DNA from: Pauljensenia sp.
GTDB lineage: Bacteria; Actinomycetota; Actinomycetes; Actinomycetales; Actinomycetaceae
Assembly (NCBI GenBank): GCA_042645485.1
Contig: JBHRQN010000003.1
Coordinates: forward strand, 2,450-66,449
DNA length: 64,000 bases
Direction: 5' to 3'
Shown here: piece after piece, positions 9,532 through 19,342 of the stretch
Numbering within the stretch: position 1 is the first letter of the stretch
How the letters are laid out: every line of letters begins with the position of its first letter
The notes under the pieces: model-generated
The model's input: only the letters and a program-made list of their open reading frames with translations
What the model was told of the DNA's origin: nothing
Database searches by the model: none
Program-made: the position numbers and the translations under genes

Positions 9532-10802
9532 GCCAGACGCGCGCAATGAATGACGTTCAGCTCAAGCGCTCGTGGAAGATGCCGGTTGTCTACGTTCTGG
9601 CAGCCCTTCTTCAGATTCTTTTTGTCGTCAAGGTCAGTGGCGATGTCACCATCAGGCTTAATGACAAGTCCCAGAGCATCAATATCGACGACATTGTGAC
9701 CCCCGGTCGTCCCATCCTTCTGGTACTGACGGTGCTCACTCTTGTGGTGACGGCATGGTCGATCTACTCGGTGTGGGCACGTCGGCAAAATCCACGGTGG
9801 CTTGACGTCACCATGATGATCGTTGCCGGAATTGCGACGGTATTTGGCTTCTTGATCTACGCGGGTTCGGGCTCGGCCGGTGTTGTCACACTGACCTCCA
9901 CCCTCTACTCCACAGTGGCCATCTCGACGCCTCTGATCTTCGGCTCACTTTCGGGCGTTGTCTCCGAACGCGTTGGCGTTGTCAATATCGCCATTGAAGG
10001 TGACCTGCTCTTGGGTGCTTTCGCAGGCGTCATGGCAGCGTCCTTCTTCCAGACCTCGTGGGCAGGTTTGATCGCCGCTCCGATCGCAGGCGCATTCCTT
10101 GGCTGCCTCTTGGCGCTCTTCTCGGTCAAGTACGGCGTGGATCAGATCATCGTCGGTGTGGTTTTGAACGTCCTAGCAGCGGGTCTGACGACCTTCTTCT
10201 ATGGAACGTGGATGACGAAGAAGCCCGAACTGTTCAACACCAACAGGTTCTCGCTCCCAGACATCAAAATCCCGCTCCTAGGTGAGATCCCAATTCTTGG
10301 TCCCGTGCTCTTCAACCACAACATCTTGGTGTACCTGATGTACGCCACGGTGATCTTCCTGGCGGTCTACCTTTACCGCTCGCGCTGGGGCCTGCGCCTT
10401 CGCGCCTGCGGTGAGCACCCGCGAGCCGCCGATACCGTGGGAATCAACGTCAATCGCACGCGAACCCTCAATGCGATCCTCGCTTCTGGTTTTGCTGGAT
10501 TGGGTGGTGCATTCTTCACCATCGGCTCGAGCCTCTCCTTCACTGACAATATCTCCGCAGGTAACGGCTACATCGCCCTTGCGGCAATGATTTTGGGCAA
10601 GTGGCACCCGATCGGTGCTATGAGCGCAGCGCTCATGTTCGGTTTCGCCCAGGCGCTCGCTCGCTTGCTGCCCAACCTTGAGCAGTCCATTCCTTCGGAC
10701 CTGATTTCGATGATTCCTTACATCGTGACCATCATTGCGGTCGCTGGATTCGTTGGGAAGTCGCGTCCGCCGGCAGCCGAAAATATTCCTTACACGAAGT
10801 GA
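9528..10802 (+). CDS. ABC transporter permease (nucleoside importer, subunit 2)
   Basis: Polytopic membrane ORF. ATGA overlap with the preceding permease gene. Confidence 0.85.
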   Translation: MSQTRAMNDVQLKRSWKMPVVYVLAALLQILFVVKVSGDVTIRLNDKSQSINIDDIVTPGRPILLVLTVLTLVVTAWSIYSVWARRQNPRWLDVTMMIVAGIATVFGFLIYAGSGSAGVVTLTSTLYSTVAISTPLIFGSLSGVVSERVGVVNIAIEGDLLLGAFAGVMAASFFQTSWAGLIAAPIAGAFLGCLLALFSVKYGVDQIIVGVVLNVLAAGLTTFFYGTWMTKKPELFNTNRFSLPDIKIPLLGEIPILGPVLFNHNILVYLMYATVIFLAVYLYRSRWGLRLRACGEHPRAADTVGINVNRTRTLNAILASGFAGLGGAFFTIGSSLSFTDNISAGNGYIALAAMILGKWHPIGAMSAALMFGFAQALARLLPNLEQSIPSDLISMIPYIVTIIAVAGFVGKSRPPAAENIPYTK

Positions 10803-10817
10803 TCGACGGCTAGATAG

Positions 10818-11249
10818 ATGAAGGACCCAAACATGGATATCAATTGGGAAGAACTCAAGGATCTTGCGATCTCAGCAATGGAGCAGGCTTACTGCCCCTA
10901 TAGCGGATTCCCCGTCGGTGCGGCAGGACTGACAACCGATGGACACACCTACTCGGGCTGCAATGTGGAAAATGCCGGTTATGGCGTCACCCTGTGTGCC
11001 GAATGCGGCATGGTGTCGCAGATGGTGCGCTCGGGCGGAGGTCGCTTGGTAGCGGTCGTTGCAGTGAACGGAAACTGCGAACCCGTGGCTCCTTGCGGAC
11101 GCTGCCGCCAGCTTATTTTTGAGCACGGTGGGAATGACTGCTTGGTTCTGATGCTTGAAGGCGTCATGACCATGAAGCAGGTGCTCCCGGGAGCTTTTGG
11201 TCCGCACGACCTAACCGAAGTCGCCTCGGCGCGATTCACGGAAGACTAA
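10818..11249 (+). CDS. cdd: Cytidine deaminase
   Basis: Zinc-binding motifs CAECG and PCGRCRQ. Size about 140 aa. Confidence 0.92.
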   Translation: MKDPNMDINWEELKDLAISAMEQAYCPYSGFPVGAAGLTTDGHTYSGCNVENAGYGVTLCAECGMVSQMVRSGGGRLVAVVAVNGNCEPVAPCGRCRQLIFEHGGNDCLVLMLEGVMTMKQVLPGAFGPHDLTEVASARFTED

Positions 11250-11333
11250 TCACTGTGGCGGGCGTATGTGTCATCAGGTGACATGTACGTCCGCCACACA
11301 CGTAGCCCGACAACAACACCCAGGAAGGACATC

Positions 11334-12617
11334 ATGAAACAGTTTGATGCCGTCGACGTCATCCGCGTGAAGCGCGATGGCGGGAAACTGTCCACCGAAG
11401 AAATCCAGTGGACCATTGATGCCTATACGCGCGGGGTTATGAAAGACGAGCAAATGGCAGCGCTTGCCATGGCCGTCTTCCTGCGTGGAATGGATCGGGA
11501 AGAAATCGTCACTTGGACCCAGGCCATGATTGATTCCGGCGAACGTATGGATTTTGCTCGAATTGGCCGAGTGACCGCCGATAAGCACTCCACTGGCGGT
11601 GTCGGCGATAAGATCACCCTTCCTCTTGCGCCCCTGGTTGCGTGCTTTGGCGTTGCCGTTCCGCAGCTTTCCGGCCGAGGCCTTGGGCACACAGGCGGGA
11701 CCTTGGACAAACTCGAGGCCATCCCCGGCTGGCGCGCCTCGCTGTCCAACGAAGAGATCTACCATCAGCTGGGCGAAGGCTGCGGCGCTGTCATTTGCGC
11801 AGCGGGTGCGGGACTTGCCCCCGCAGATAAGAAGCTCTACGCACTGCGCGATATCACATCGACAGTCGATTGCATTCCACTGATTGCCTCTTCAATCATG
11901 TCGAAGAAGATTGCCGAAGGCACCGATTCGCTGGTCTTGGACGTCAAGGTTGGCAGCGGCGCATTCATGAAGGACATCGACAATGCGCGCGAGCTTGCCC
12001 GCACCATGGTGGATCTTGGACGAGATGCCGGTGTGAAGACCCAGGCACTGCTTACCGATATGTCGACCCCGCTGGGACTCAAGGTCGGTAATGCGCTTGA
12101 GGTCGAAGAATCGGTTGAGGTTCTGGCCGGCGGCGGTCCCGCAGATGTTGTGGAGTTGACCGTTGAGCTTGCTCGCACCATGCTTTCTATGGCCGGTAAG
12201 AGCGACGTCGACGTTGAGGCCGCGCTCAAGGACGGTCGTGCGATGGATACCTGGCGCGCAATGATCCGTGAGCAGGGGGGAGACCCCGATGCCGCGCTGC
12301 CGACCTCAACGCTGACCCACACTGTTACTGCCGAGGCCGATGGCTACCTTTCCGAAATGGATGCGCTCAGCGTGGGCGTGGCCTCGTGGAGGCTGGGCGC
12401 CGGACGAGCAGTCAAGGACGATCCGGTACAGGCCGGTGCGGGTATCGAAATCCACGCAAAGCCCGGTGATCAGGTCAAGGCGGGCCAGCCGCTCTTCACC
12501 TTGCACACCGACGATGAATGGCGCATTCCCCGCGCTCTTGAAGCACTTGATGGGGGAGTGGCCATCAGTGAAACCGCACCCGCTCCCCGTCACATCATTT
12601 TGGACCGCGTGGGCTAA
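11334..12617 (+). CDS. deoA: Thymidine (pyrimidine-nucleoside) phosphorylase
   Basis: ORF 11268-12617 trimmed to ATG 11334 behind AGGAAGGA. KHSTGGVGDK motif and full-length family resemblance. Confidence 0.92.
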   Translation: MKQFDAVDVIRVKRDGGKLSTEEIQWTIDAYTRGVMKDEQMAALAMAVFLRGMDREEIVTWTQAMIDSGERMDFARIGRVTADKHSTGGVGDKITLPLAPLVACFGVAVPQLSGRGLGHTGGTLDKLEAIPGWRASLSNEEIYHQLGEGCGAVICAAGAGLAPADKKLYALRDITSTVDCIPLIASSIMSKKIAEGTDSLVLDVKVGSGAFMKDIDNARELARTMVDLGRDAGVKTQALLTDMSTPLGLKVGNALEVEESVEVLAGGGPADVVELTVELARTMLSMAGKSDVDVEAALKDGRAMDTWRAMIREQGGDPDAALPTSTLTHTVTAEADGYLSEMDALSVGVASWRLGAGRAVKDDPVQAGAGIEIHAKPGDQVKAGQPLFTLHTDDEWRIPRALEALDGGVAISETAPAPRHIILDRVG

Positions 12618-12673
12618 GACTCAGACCAGACCAAGCAAGCGACACGACCACACACGTATTGGAGTAAACAACC

Positions 12674-13381
12674 ATGAAATCGACACCGCACATCAACCCG
12701 GCTGCCCCAATCGCGCCGACCATCTTGCTGCCCGGAGATCCGCTTCGCGCCAAGTTCATTGCCGAGACCTACCTTGAGGATGCGCAGCAATTCAACGCGG
12801 TGCGTAACATGCTGGGCTTCACCGGCACCTACCAGGGCACTCCGGTATCGGTTATGGGCTCGGGTATGGGTATTCCTTCGATCTCGCTGTACGCGTGGGA
12901 ACTCATCCACGTCTTTGGCTGCACAAAGCTCATCCGTGTGGGTACGTGTGGCGCGCTGCAGCCCGGAATCAACCTTTACGATGTCGTCATCGCTCAGGGA
13001 GCATGCACGAACTCGAACTTCATCGATCAGTACAACATCCCGGGAACCTATGCCCCCATCGGCTCCTATCGCCTGATTGAGGCTGTGCGCGAGAATGCAA
13101 AGGAAAAGGGCGTAACCACCCACGTGGGTAACGTCCTCTCCTCGGATACCTTCTACAACGCTGATCCGACCTTTAACGAGCGCTGGCAGAAGATGGGCAT
13201 CATGGCCATCGAAATGGAGACTGCGGGCCTGTACGCCACTGCCGCCGAGGCCGGGGTTGAGGCTCTGGGTATCTTCACAGTCTCCGACTCGCTGGTGACC
13301 GGTGAGGAAACCACCGCACACGAACGTCAGACCGCGTTCACCCAGATGATGGAAATTGCACTTCCGCTGGCGCAGATCTGA
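12674..13381 (+). CDS. deoD: Purine nucleoside phosphorylase, DeoD type
   Basis: TPHINP...[19 protein letters not shown]...[10 protein letters not shown]...GMGIPS closely matches hexameric DeoD. Confidence 0.93.
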   Translation: MKSTPHINPAAPIAPTILLPGDPLRAKFIAETYLEDAQQFNAVRNMLGFTGTYQGTPVSVMGSGMGIPSISLYAWELIHVFGCTKLIRVGTCGALQPGINLYDVVIAQGACTNSNFIDQYNIPGTYAPIGSYRLIEAVRENAKEKGVTTHVGNVLSSDTFYNADPTFNERWQKMGIMAIEMETAGLYATAAEAGVEALGIFTVSDSLVTGEETTAHERQTAFTQMMEIALPLAQI

Positions 13382-13400
13382 GGACTTGAAAAGGAAAAGT

Positions 13401-14054
13401 ATGAAGAAGTCTGAAGTTGCACACCTGATTGACCACACGATCCTCAAGCCCGAGGCAACTCACGCCGATGTCGCGCGGATCGTTGAGGAAGGTGCACGTT
13501 TTGGTACCTATTCCGTGTGCGTGTCCCCATCGATGCTCCCGCTTGAGGTGCCCGAAGGACTGAAGGTCGCCTGCGTCGTGGGCTTCCCTTCGGGGGCACT
13601 TAAGCCGAATGTCAAGGCTTACGAAACCAAACAGGCTATTGCCGATGGTGCTGACGAGATCGATATGGTCATCAATATTGCCCTGGCAAAAGAAGGCAAG
13701 TTCGATCAGGTTGAAGACGAGATCCGAGCCGTTCGCGCGGAGATCCCCGCGGGTAAGGTCCTGAAGGTCATCATCGAATCGGCGGCCTTGACCGATGAAG
13801 AAATCGTTGCAGTCTGCCGTGCGGCGGTCGCTGCCGGTGCAGATTTTGTCAAGACCTCAACTGGTTTCCACCCTGCAGGTGGAGCATCCGTTCACGCGGT
13901 GAAGCTCATGCGTGAGACCGTGGGCGAGGGTGTCGGGGTGAAGGCCTCGGGCGGTATCCGCAATGCAGAGACCGCTGTCGCCATGATCAATGCCGGCGCA
14001 AACCGTTTGGGTGTGTCTGCAACCGCAGCAATTCTTGAAGGCCTTGAGGACTGA
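13401..14054 (+). CDS. deoC: Deoxyribose-phosphate aldolase
   Basis: ORF trimmed to ATG 13401. [16 protein letters not shown] and FVKTSTGF (Schiff-base Lys region). Confidence 0.92.
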   Translation: MKKSEVAHLIDHTILKPEATHADVARIVEEGARFGTYSVCVSPSMLPLEVPEGLKVACVVGFPSGALKPNVKAYETKQAIADGADEIDMVINIALAKEGKFDQVEDEIRAVRAEIPAGKVLKVIIESAALTDEEIVAVCRAAVAAGADFVKTSTGFHPAGGASVHAVKLMRETVGEGVGVKASGGIRNAETAVAMINAGANRLGVSATAAILEGLED

Positions 14055-14056
14055 AT

Positions 14057-15733
14057 ATGAACCTTATTGAACGTGCCCAACAGTGGGCTGATCACGATCC
14101 GGATCCCGTAACTGCCGAAGAGCTCGGATCATTGGTCCAGGCCGCTCGCGAAGGCGATCAGGACGCAGAACTCGAACTTGCACGTGCCATGAATGGTCCC
14201 TTGCAATTCGGTACCGCTGGCCTGCGTGGTGAGATCGGTGCCGGCGAGTCTCGGATGAACCTTGCGGTTGTGATCCGTGCGACGGCGGGCTTGTGTGCAG
14301 TGCTCCTTAAGCACGCTCCGCGCACTCCGCGTGTCGTTATCGGATGCGATGCCCGCTACGGTTCGGTTGACTTTGCTCACGCAGCCGCGCGTGTGGCCTC
14401 GGCAGCGGGATGCGAAGTACTCTTGCTTCCCCTGATGAACCCAACCCCGCTCACCGCTTTCTCGGTGCGCGAACTGGACGCGGATGCGGGAATCATGGTG
14501 ACCGCCTCGCACAATCCTCCTCGCGACAACGGCTACAAGGTCTATCTGGGTGGAACAGTCGTGACGGATGCCGGTCAGGGCGTCCAGATCGTTCCTCCCT
14601 TTGACGCAGAGATCGCCTCAGCGATTGCGTCGGCTCCCTTTGCCGATCAAATTGCACAAAATGATGAACTCATCGTCAATGTGGATCCCCGCGAGGACTA
14701 CATTGCCCGCGCAGGCTCTTTGGCCTCGGGAAGCGCTGAAAGCAAGGCTGACCTGGGGATTACTCTGACGGGAATGCACGGTGTGGGCGCTGCACTCACC
14801 AAGAAGGTCCTGGAAGAAGCCGGCTTCACCAATGTCACTCTGGTTGCCGAGCAGGCCGATCCGGATCCGGATTTCCCGACCGTCTCCTTCCCGAACCCGG
14901 AAGAACCTGGGGCATTGGACCTGGCAATCGCGCATGCCGCCGCTCACGGATCGGATCTGATCATTGCTGTTGATCCCGATGCTGACCGCTGTGCACTTGC
15001 TGTCCCCGACAGTGAATCTGCGACCGGTTGGCGTCAGCTCTCCGGTGATGAGATCGGCTCATTGCTGGGTGAATTCCGTGCTCAGAGCGCACCTTCGGAC
15101 GCGGTTTTTGCGAACTCGATTGTTTCCTCGCGACTTCTGGGCAAGATCGCTGAGGGACATGGCTTGAAGTACCAGCACACGCTGACCGGCTTCAAGTGGA
15201 TTGCCCGCGTTCCTGGCCTCTACTTCGGCTACGAGGAAGCAATCGGTTTCTGCCCCGATCCTTCGCGTGTGCGCGATAAGGACGGTATTGCAACATCCGT
15301 CGTCGCAGCCTCCCTCTTCGCGCAGCTCAAGACTCAGGGCCGCAGTGCGAAGGATGAATTGGAACGCATGGCGCGCCTATATGGTCTGCACGTGACCGCT
15401 CCCTTGACCTTCCGCGTCGATCGGCTGGAGCTCATCGCTGAAGGAATGCAGCGCCTGCGCGCTCAGCCGCCGACAACCCTTGCCGGTGCTGAGGTCGAAG
15501 GCGTCGTGGATCTGTCGAAGGGGTGGGATGGTCTTCCCGGAACAGATGCACTGATGGTCACAACCACCGCTGGAGACCGCGTGATCGCTCGTCCTTCGGG
15601 CACCGAACCTAAGCTCAAGTGCTATCTGGAAGTGATTCTTCCCGTCGAGGAAGGCGCTGAGGTGCCCTGGGAGGCCGCTCGTGCTCGCCTAGAGAGCATC
15701 AAGGCTGAGTTTGGCGCTGCGATCGGGATCTGA
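14057..15733 (+). CDS. Phospho-sugar mutase (alpha-D-phosphohexomutase family); by context the phosphopentomutase of the deo pathway
   Basis: Active-site TASHNPPRDNGYK. Four-domain size (558 aa). Lies 2 nt after deoC. Confidence 0.8.
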   Translation: MNLIERAQQWADHDPDPVTAEELGSLVQAAREGDQDAELELARAMNGPLQFGTAGLRGEIGAGESRMNLAVVIRATAGLCAVLLKHAPRTPRVVIGCDARYGSVDFAHAAARVASAAGCEVLLLPLMNPTPLTAFSVRELDADAGIMVTASHNPPRDNGYKVYLGGTVVTDAGQGVQIVPPFDAEIASAIASAPFADQIAQNDELIVNVDPREDYIARAGSLASGSAESKADLGITLTGMHGVGAALTKKVLEEAGFTNVTLVAEQADPDPDFPTVSFPNPEEPGALDLAIAHAAAHGSDLIIAVDPDADRCALAVPDSESATGWRQLSGDEIGSLLGEFRAQSAPSDAVFANSIVSSRLLGKIAEGHGLKYQHTLTGFKWIARVPGLYFGYEEAIGFCPDPSRVRDKDGIATSVVAASLFAQLKTQGRSAKDELERMARLYGLHVTAPLTFRVDRLELIAEGMQRLRAQPPTTLAGAEVEGVVDLSKGWDGLPGTDALMVTTTAGDRVIARPSGTEPKLKCYLEVILPVEEGAEVPWEAARARLESIKAEFGAAIGI

Positions 15734-15796
15734 ATAATTTCCGAGGCGGCAGCTGCTGTGCAGCGCACACAGTAGCCGCGGCGCGCGAAAGACCTT

Positions 15797-15835
15797 TGGT
15801 GGGTGTCGCCTGTGGGCGGCACCCACCAGTCTTAT
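15797..15835 (+). terminator. Hairpin terminator after the nucleoside catabolic operon
   Basis: TGGTGGGTGTCGCC-TGTG-GGCGGCACCCACCA with a weak T tail. Confidence 0.55.
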
Positions 15836-15948
15836 TCGCCTCCTTGCAATGCGTCTTCCCTGGAAGCGCTGCTTCGTCATTGATCTTCCTATTACCGCCT
15901 GCGCGTGGTTGACTCGCAACAAACAATCGAGGCTGGCAGGATAAAGGT

Positions 15949-17433
15949 GTGAGCGAAGAACACAGCGCATCAGATACGCAGCCGCAAGATTTTCACGATC
16001 ATCTGCTTTTGCAAGCCTTCGCGTGGGATCTCCCCGCCGATCAAAGCCTGTGGAGAAGCATTGCCGCTTCGGCGCAGGACCTTGCGGATCTGGGAATCGA
16101 AGGTGTCTGGCTTCCGCCCGCCTATAAGGGCTATATGGGACGCGAGGATGTCGGCTACGGTGTCTACGACATGTACGACCTGGGTGAGTTTGACCAAAAG
16201 GGAAGCGTCGGGACAAAGTACGGGACAAAGGAAGAGTATCTGGCTGCCATCGATGCCCTTCATGCAGCGGGTATTCACGTAATTGCCGATATTGTCTTTA
16301 ACCATCGCCTGGGTGGGGATGAGACCGAAGACGTTCGAGCGCGCAAGGTTGATCCGGGGAACCGAATGCAGGTGATCTCCGACGAAGAAACGATACGCGC
16401 ATGGACCCGTTTTACTTTCCCGGGCAGGGCTGGAGCCTACTCCGATTTCCAATGGGATTGGCAGTGTTTCAACGGTATTGATTGGGACGAAAACACGAAG
16501 AGCAACGCTGTTTGGCTTTTCGACGGTAAAGAATGGGACCCCACTGCCGGTGAGGAGCTGGGCAACTACGACTACCTCATGGGCTGCGATGTTGATGTCT
16601 CTTCACCGCAGGTTAATGAGGAATTAGACCGTTGGGGCCGCTGGTACATCGAAACGACAGGCGTTGACGCCCTGCGCTTGGACGCTGTTAAACACATCGG
16701 TTCAGATTTCTTTGCGCGTTGGCTGCCAGATTTACGCGCGGCGACAGGCAAACTTCTTCCCGCCGTTGGGGAGTATTGGAGCTACGACGTGGGGCAGCTG
16801 TGTTCGTACCTCGACCGAGTTCCCGATGTCGCACTCTTTGACGTCCCATTGCATTTTCACTTCCACGAGGCTTCTGTCTCGGATGGGAATTTTGATCTTT
16901 CGCAGCTCTTTGCCAATACTTTGGTTGGGACTCGCCCGGAACGGGCCGTCACTTTCGTTGAAAACCACGACACGCAACCTGGACAGTCACTAGAGTCCAC
17001 TGTCGCCCCTTGGTTTAAACTTTCCGCTTACGCCTTGATTCTGCTGCATGATAGTGGAGTGCCCTGCGTTTTTTGGGGAGATCTTCTGGGTAGCGGTGAT
17101 TCTCTTCCTGCCGTGAGTGAATTACCCTTCCTCATGCGTGTGCGCAAGGCCGCCGCCCAAGGCCCGCAGTTCGACGCTTTTGATGATCCCGATGTCGTTG
17201 GTTTTTCTCGCCAAGGAATCGAAGGTGACCCATCGACTGGTTGCGCCGTCATTCTGTCGGACCGCCTTGGTGGTGAAAAGCGTTTATTCCTTGGAAACTG
17301 GCGTGCGGGTGAGACCTGGGTGTGCGCTATCGGTGAGCAGCCGGCAGTCGTTATCGAAGAAGACGGGTGGGCAACTTTCCCGGTTTCCAATGGTGGTCTT
17401 TCCGTTTACTTTCCCGAGGCCGCGCGTCTGTAA
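15949..17433 (+). CDS. Cytoplasmic alpha-amylase (GH13, AmyA-like)
   Basis: No signal peptide. GH13 regions DIVFNH, LRLDAVKHI, GEYW, FVENHD. Confidence 0.88.
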   Translation: MSEEHSASDTQPQDFHDHLLLQAFAWDLPADQSLWRSIAASAQDLADLGIEGVWLPPAYKGYMGREDVGYGVYDMYDLGEFDQKGSVGTKYGTKEEYLAAIDALHAAGIHVIADIVFNHRLGGDETEDVRARKVDPGNRMQVISDEETIRAWTRFTFPGRAGAYSDFQWDWQCFNGIDWDENTKSNAVWLFDGKEWDPTAGEELGNYDYLMGCDVDVSSPQVNEELDRWGRWYIETTGVDALRLDAVKHIGSDFFARWLPDLRAATGKLLPAVGEYWSYDVGQLCSYLDRVPDVALFDVPLHFHFHEASVSDGNFDLSQLFANTLVGTRPERAVTFVENHDTQPGQSLESTVAPWFKLSAYALILLHDSGVPCVFWGDLLGSGDSLPAVSELPFLMRVRKAAAQGPQFDAFDDPDVVGFSRQGIEGDPSTGCAVILSDRLGGEKRLFLGNWRAGETWVCAIGEQPAVVIEEDGWATFPVSNGGLSVYFPEAARL

Positions 17434-17444
17434 CGGGAGAACTG

Positions 17445-18077
17445 CTACTTGGCCTCGTCCGCGGAAGTCATGAGGATGGGAGAGGGACGCAGATTGCGCA
17501 TACCGTTCCACACAAGGTTAACGACGTGTGAGGCGACCTCTTCCTTGCTCATTCGACGCTCATCAAGCCACCACTGTCCCACCTGTGCGATCAGACCGAC
17601 AAGCATTTGTGCATACAGGGGCGCCCACTTGGGATCCATATGCGCATGAGAAAACTGCTCAGCCAAGAGGTGTTCAACCTTAATGGCGACATCTCCAAGC
17701 AGTGAAGAGTAGGAGCCAGACGTCGAATTCTGCGGGGCGTCACGCACCAGAATTCGAAAACCGTCTGTATGGGACTCGATGTAGCTCAGCAGAGCGAGCG
17801 CTGAATCCTCAAGGATCATTCGCGGGCGCTTGTGGGAGTCCAGAGCGGCTTCCAATGCGCTCATGAGTGCCTGGACTTCTCGGTCCACAATGACGGCGTA
17901 GAGTCCTTCTTTTCCCCCAAAATGTTCGTAGATAACAGGTTTTGAGATCTTTGCCTGAGCGGCAATTTCCTCAACACTGGTGCCGTCAAATCCTTTTGAG
18001 GCAAAAGTCGCACGTCCTACGGCAACCAATTGCTCGCGACGCGCAAAAGCGCTCATTCTCATCCGCTTCTCGGCCAT
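17445..18077 (-). CDS. TetR/AcrR-family transcriptional regulator
   Basis: N-terminal HTH SVEEIAAQAKISKPVIYEHFGGKEGLY. Confidence 0.88.
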   Translation of the reverse strand: MAEKRMRMSAFARREQLVAVGRATFASKGFDGTSVEEIAAQAKISKPVIYEHFGGKEGLYAVIVDREVQALMSALEAALDSHKRPRMILEDSALALLSYIESHTDGFRILVRDAPQNSTSGSYSSLLGDVAIKVEHLLAEQFSHAHMDPKWAPLYAQMLVGLIAQVGQWWLDERRMSKEEVASHVVNLVWNGMRNLRPSPILMTSADEAK

Positions 18078-18157
18078 GTCTTAACCGTACACTCACACCG
18101 TGTCATAGGTTCTAGATGGCATAACACGGTGTGTTTATGGCACAATCTATGTGTCCT

Positions 18158-18228
18158 TCCGCCTTGGTGTAACGGCAGCACAGAGGTTTTTGGTGCCTTT
18201 AGTCTAGGTTCGAATCCTAGGGGCGGAG
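18158..18228 (+). tRNA. tRNA-Gln (anticodon UUG)
   Basis: Hand-folded cloverleaf. Acceptor TCCGCCT/GGGCGGA, T-arm CTAGG-TTCGAAT-CCTAG, anticodon stem GAGGT/GCCTT, loop TTTTGGT. CCA is not encoded. Confidence 0.85.
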
Positions 18229-18257
18229 CTCAGGATGAGCGCGCGTGAAAGGGCGAC

Positions 18258-19289
18258 ATGGCTACTCCCACAGCAGTGATTGTTCTGGCCGCCGGCGCCG
18301 GAACCCGAATGAAGTCTTCCCTTCCCAAGGTTGTTCATCCAGTCGTCGGGCGTTCGATGATTGGTCATGCGTTGCACGCAGCTGCAGGGACTCACCCCGA
18401 TCATCTTGTTGCGGTTGTTCGTCACCAGCGTGAACTCGTCGCTGCTGAAATCCTGCGCAATAACCCCGATGTGATCATTGCAGACCAGGACGATATTCCC
18501 GGAACCGGTCGTGCGGTGCAATGTGCTCTTGATGAACTTTTGCGCCGCGGTCATAGTCTTTCGGGCACGATCTTGGTGACCTACGGCGATGTCCCCATGC
18601 TTGATGCCGACACCCTGAATGCTCTTGTTCGCTCTCATGACGAGCGCGGTGCAACAGTGTCAGTGCTGACGACAATTGTTGATGATCCCACCGGCTACGG
18701 GCGGATCATCCGTGATGATGCCAGCGGCGATGTCTGCAGGATTGTCGAACAAAAAGATGCATCCGAAGCAGAGCGTCAGATCCGCGAAATCAACGCTGGG
18801 ATCTACGCATTTGATGGTGAGTTCCTTCGCGATGCTTTGATGCACGTGGGAACCAATAACAATCAGGGTGAGGTTTACCTCACGGATGTTCTTGCTCAGG
18901 CATACCAAGCGGACCGCGTAACAAACGGTGTCATTCTTGACGATCAGTGGATGGCGCAGGGCTGCAATGACCGGATCCAGCTTGCCGAATTGGCCGCAGA
19001 AATGAACCGTAGGATCTGCGTGGAACATATGCGTTCAGGCGTTTCCATTGTGGATCCCTTAAGCACGTGGATCGAATGCGATGTCCGCATTGATGCAGAT
19101 ACGACGATCTATCCCAATACTGTTCTGCGCGGTCGTACCGAGATCGCCACGGGCTGTGAAATTGGCCCGGGAACAACACTGACGAATGCGCAGGTCGGGC
19201 CGGGGTGCCGAGTACCTGCCGCCTGGGTCAGTAACACACGCCTAGAAGGCGATACGATAGTAACGCCTTTTACTTCGATCGAACGGTGA
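18258..19289 (+). CDS. glmU: GlmU (UDP-GlcNAc pyrophosphorylase / GlcN-1-P acetyltransferase), truncated inside the C-terminal left-handed beta-helix
   Basis: N-terminus VLAAGAGTRMKS...PKVVHP and the full uridyltransferase domain are present. Only about 80 aa of hexapeptide repeats remain before the stop at 19287-19289. Total 343 aa, whereas actinobacterial GlmU is usually near 480-495 aa. Confidence 0.8.
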   Translation: MATPTAVIVLAAGAGTRMKSSLPKVVHPVVGRSMIGHALHAAAGTHPDHLVAVVRHQRELVAAEILRNNPDVIIADQDDIPGTGRAVQCALDELLRRGHSLSGTILVTYGDVPMLDADTLNALVRSHDERGATVSVLTTIVDDPTGYGRIIRDDASGDVCRIVEQKDASEAERQIREINAGIYAFDGEFLRDALMHVGTNNNQGEVYLTDVLAQAYQADRVTNGVILDDQWMAQGCNDRIQLAELAAEMNRRICVEHMRSGVSIVDPLSTWIECDVRIDADTTIYPNTVLRGRTEIATGCEIGPGTTLTNAQVGPGCRVPAAWVSNTRLEGDTIVTPFTSIER

Positions 19290-19342
19290 ATAAGGATACT
19301 GCTCGACGAAAAAAGTCCGCATAAACGGGAGGGACATACCGC

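Noticed and set aside
12614-13447. 277-aa minus-strand ORF across deoD
   Set aside because: Antisense shadow of a near-canonical DeoD.
15689-16228. 179-aa minus-strand ORF in the phosphomutase/amylase intergenic region
   Set aside because: Arg/Pro-rich low-complexity translation. It overlaps the terminator and the amylase start, with no coding signal.
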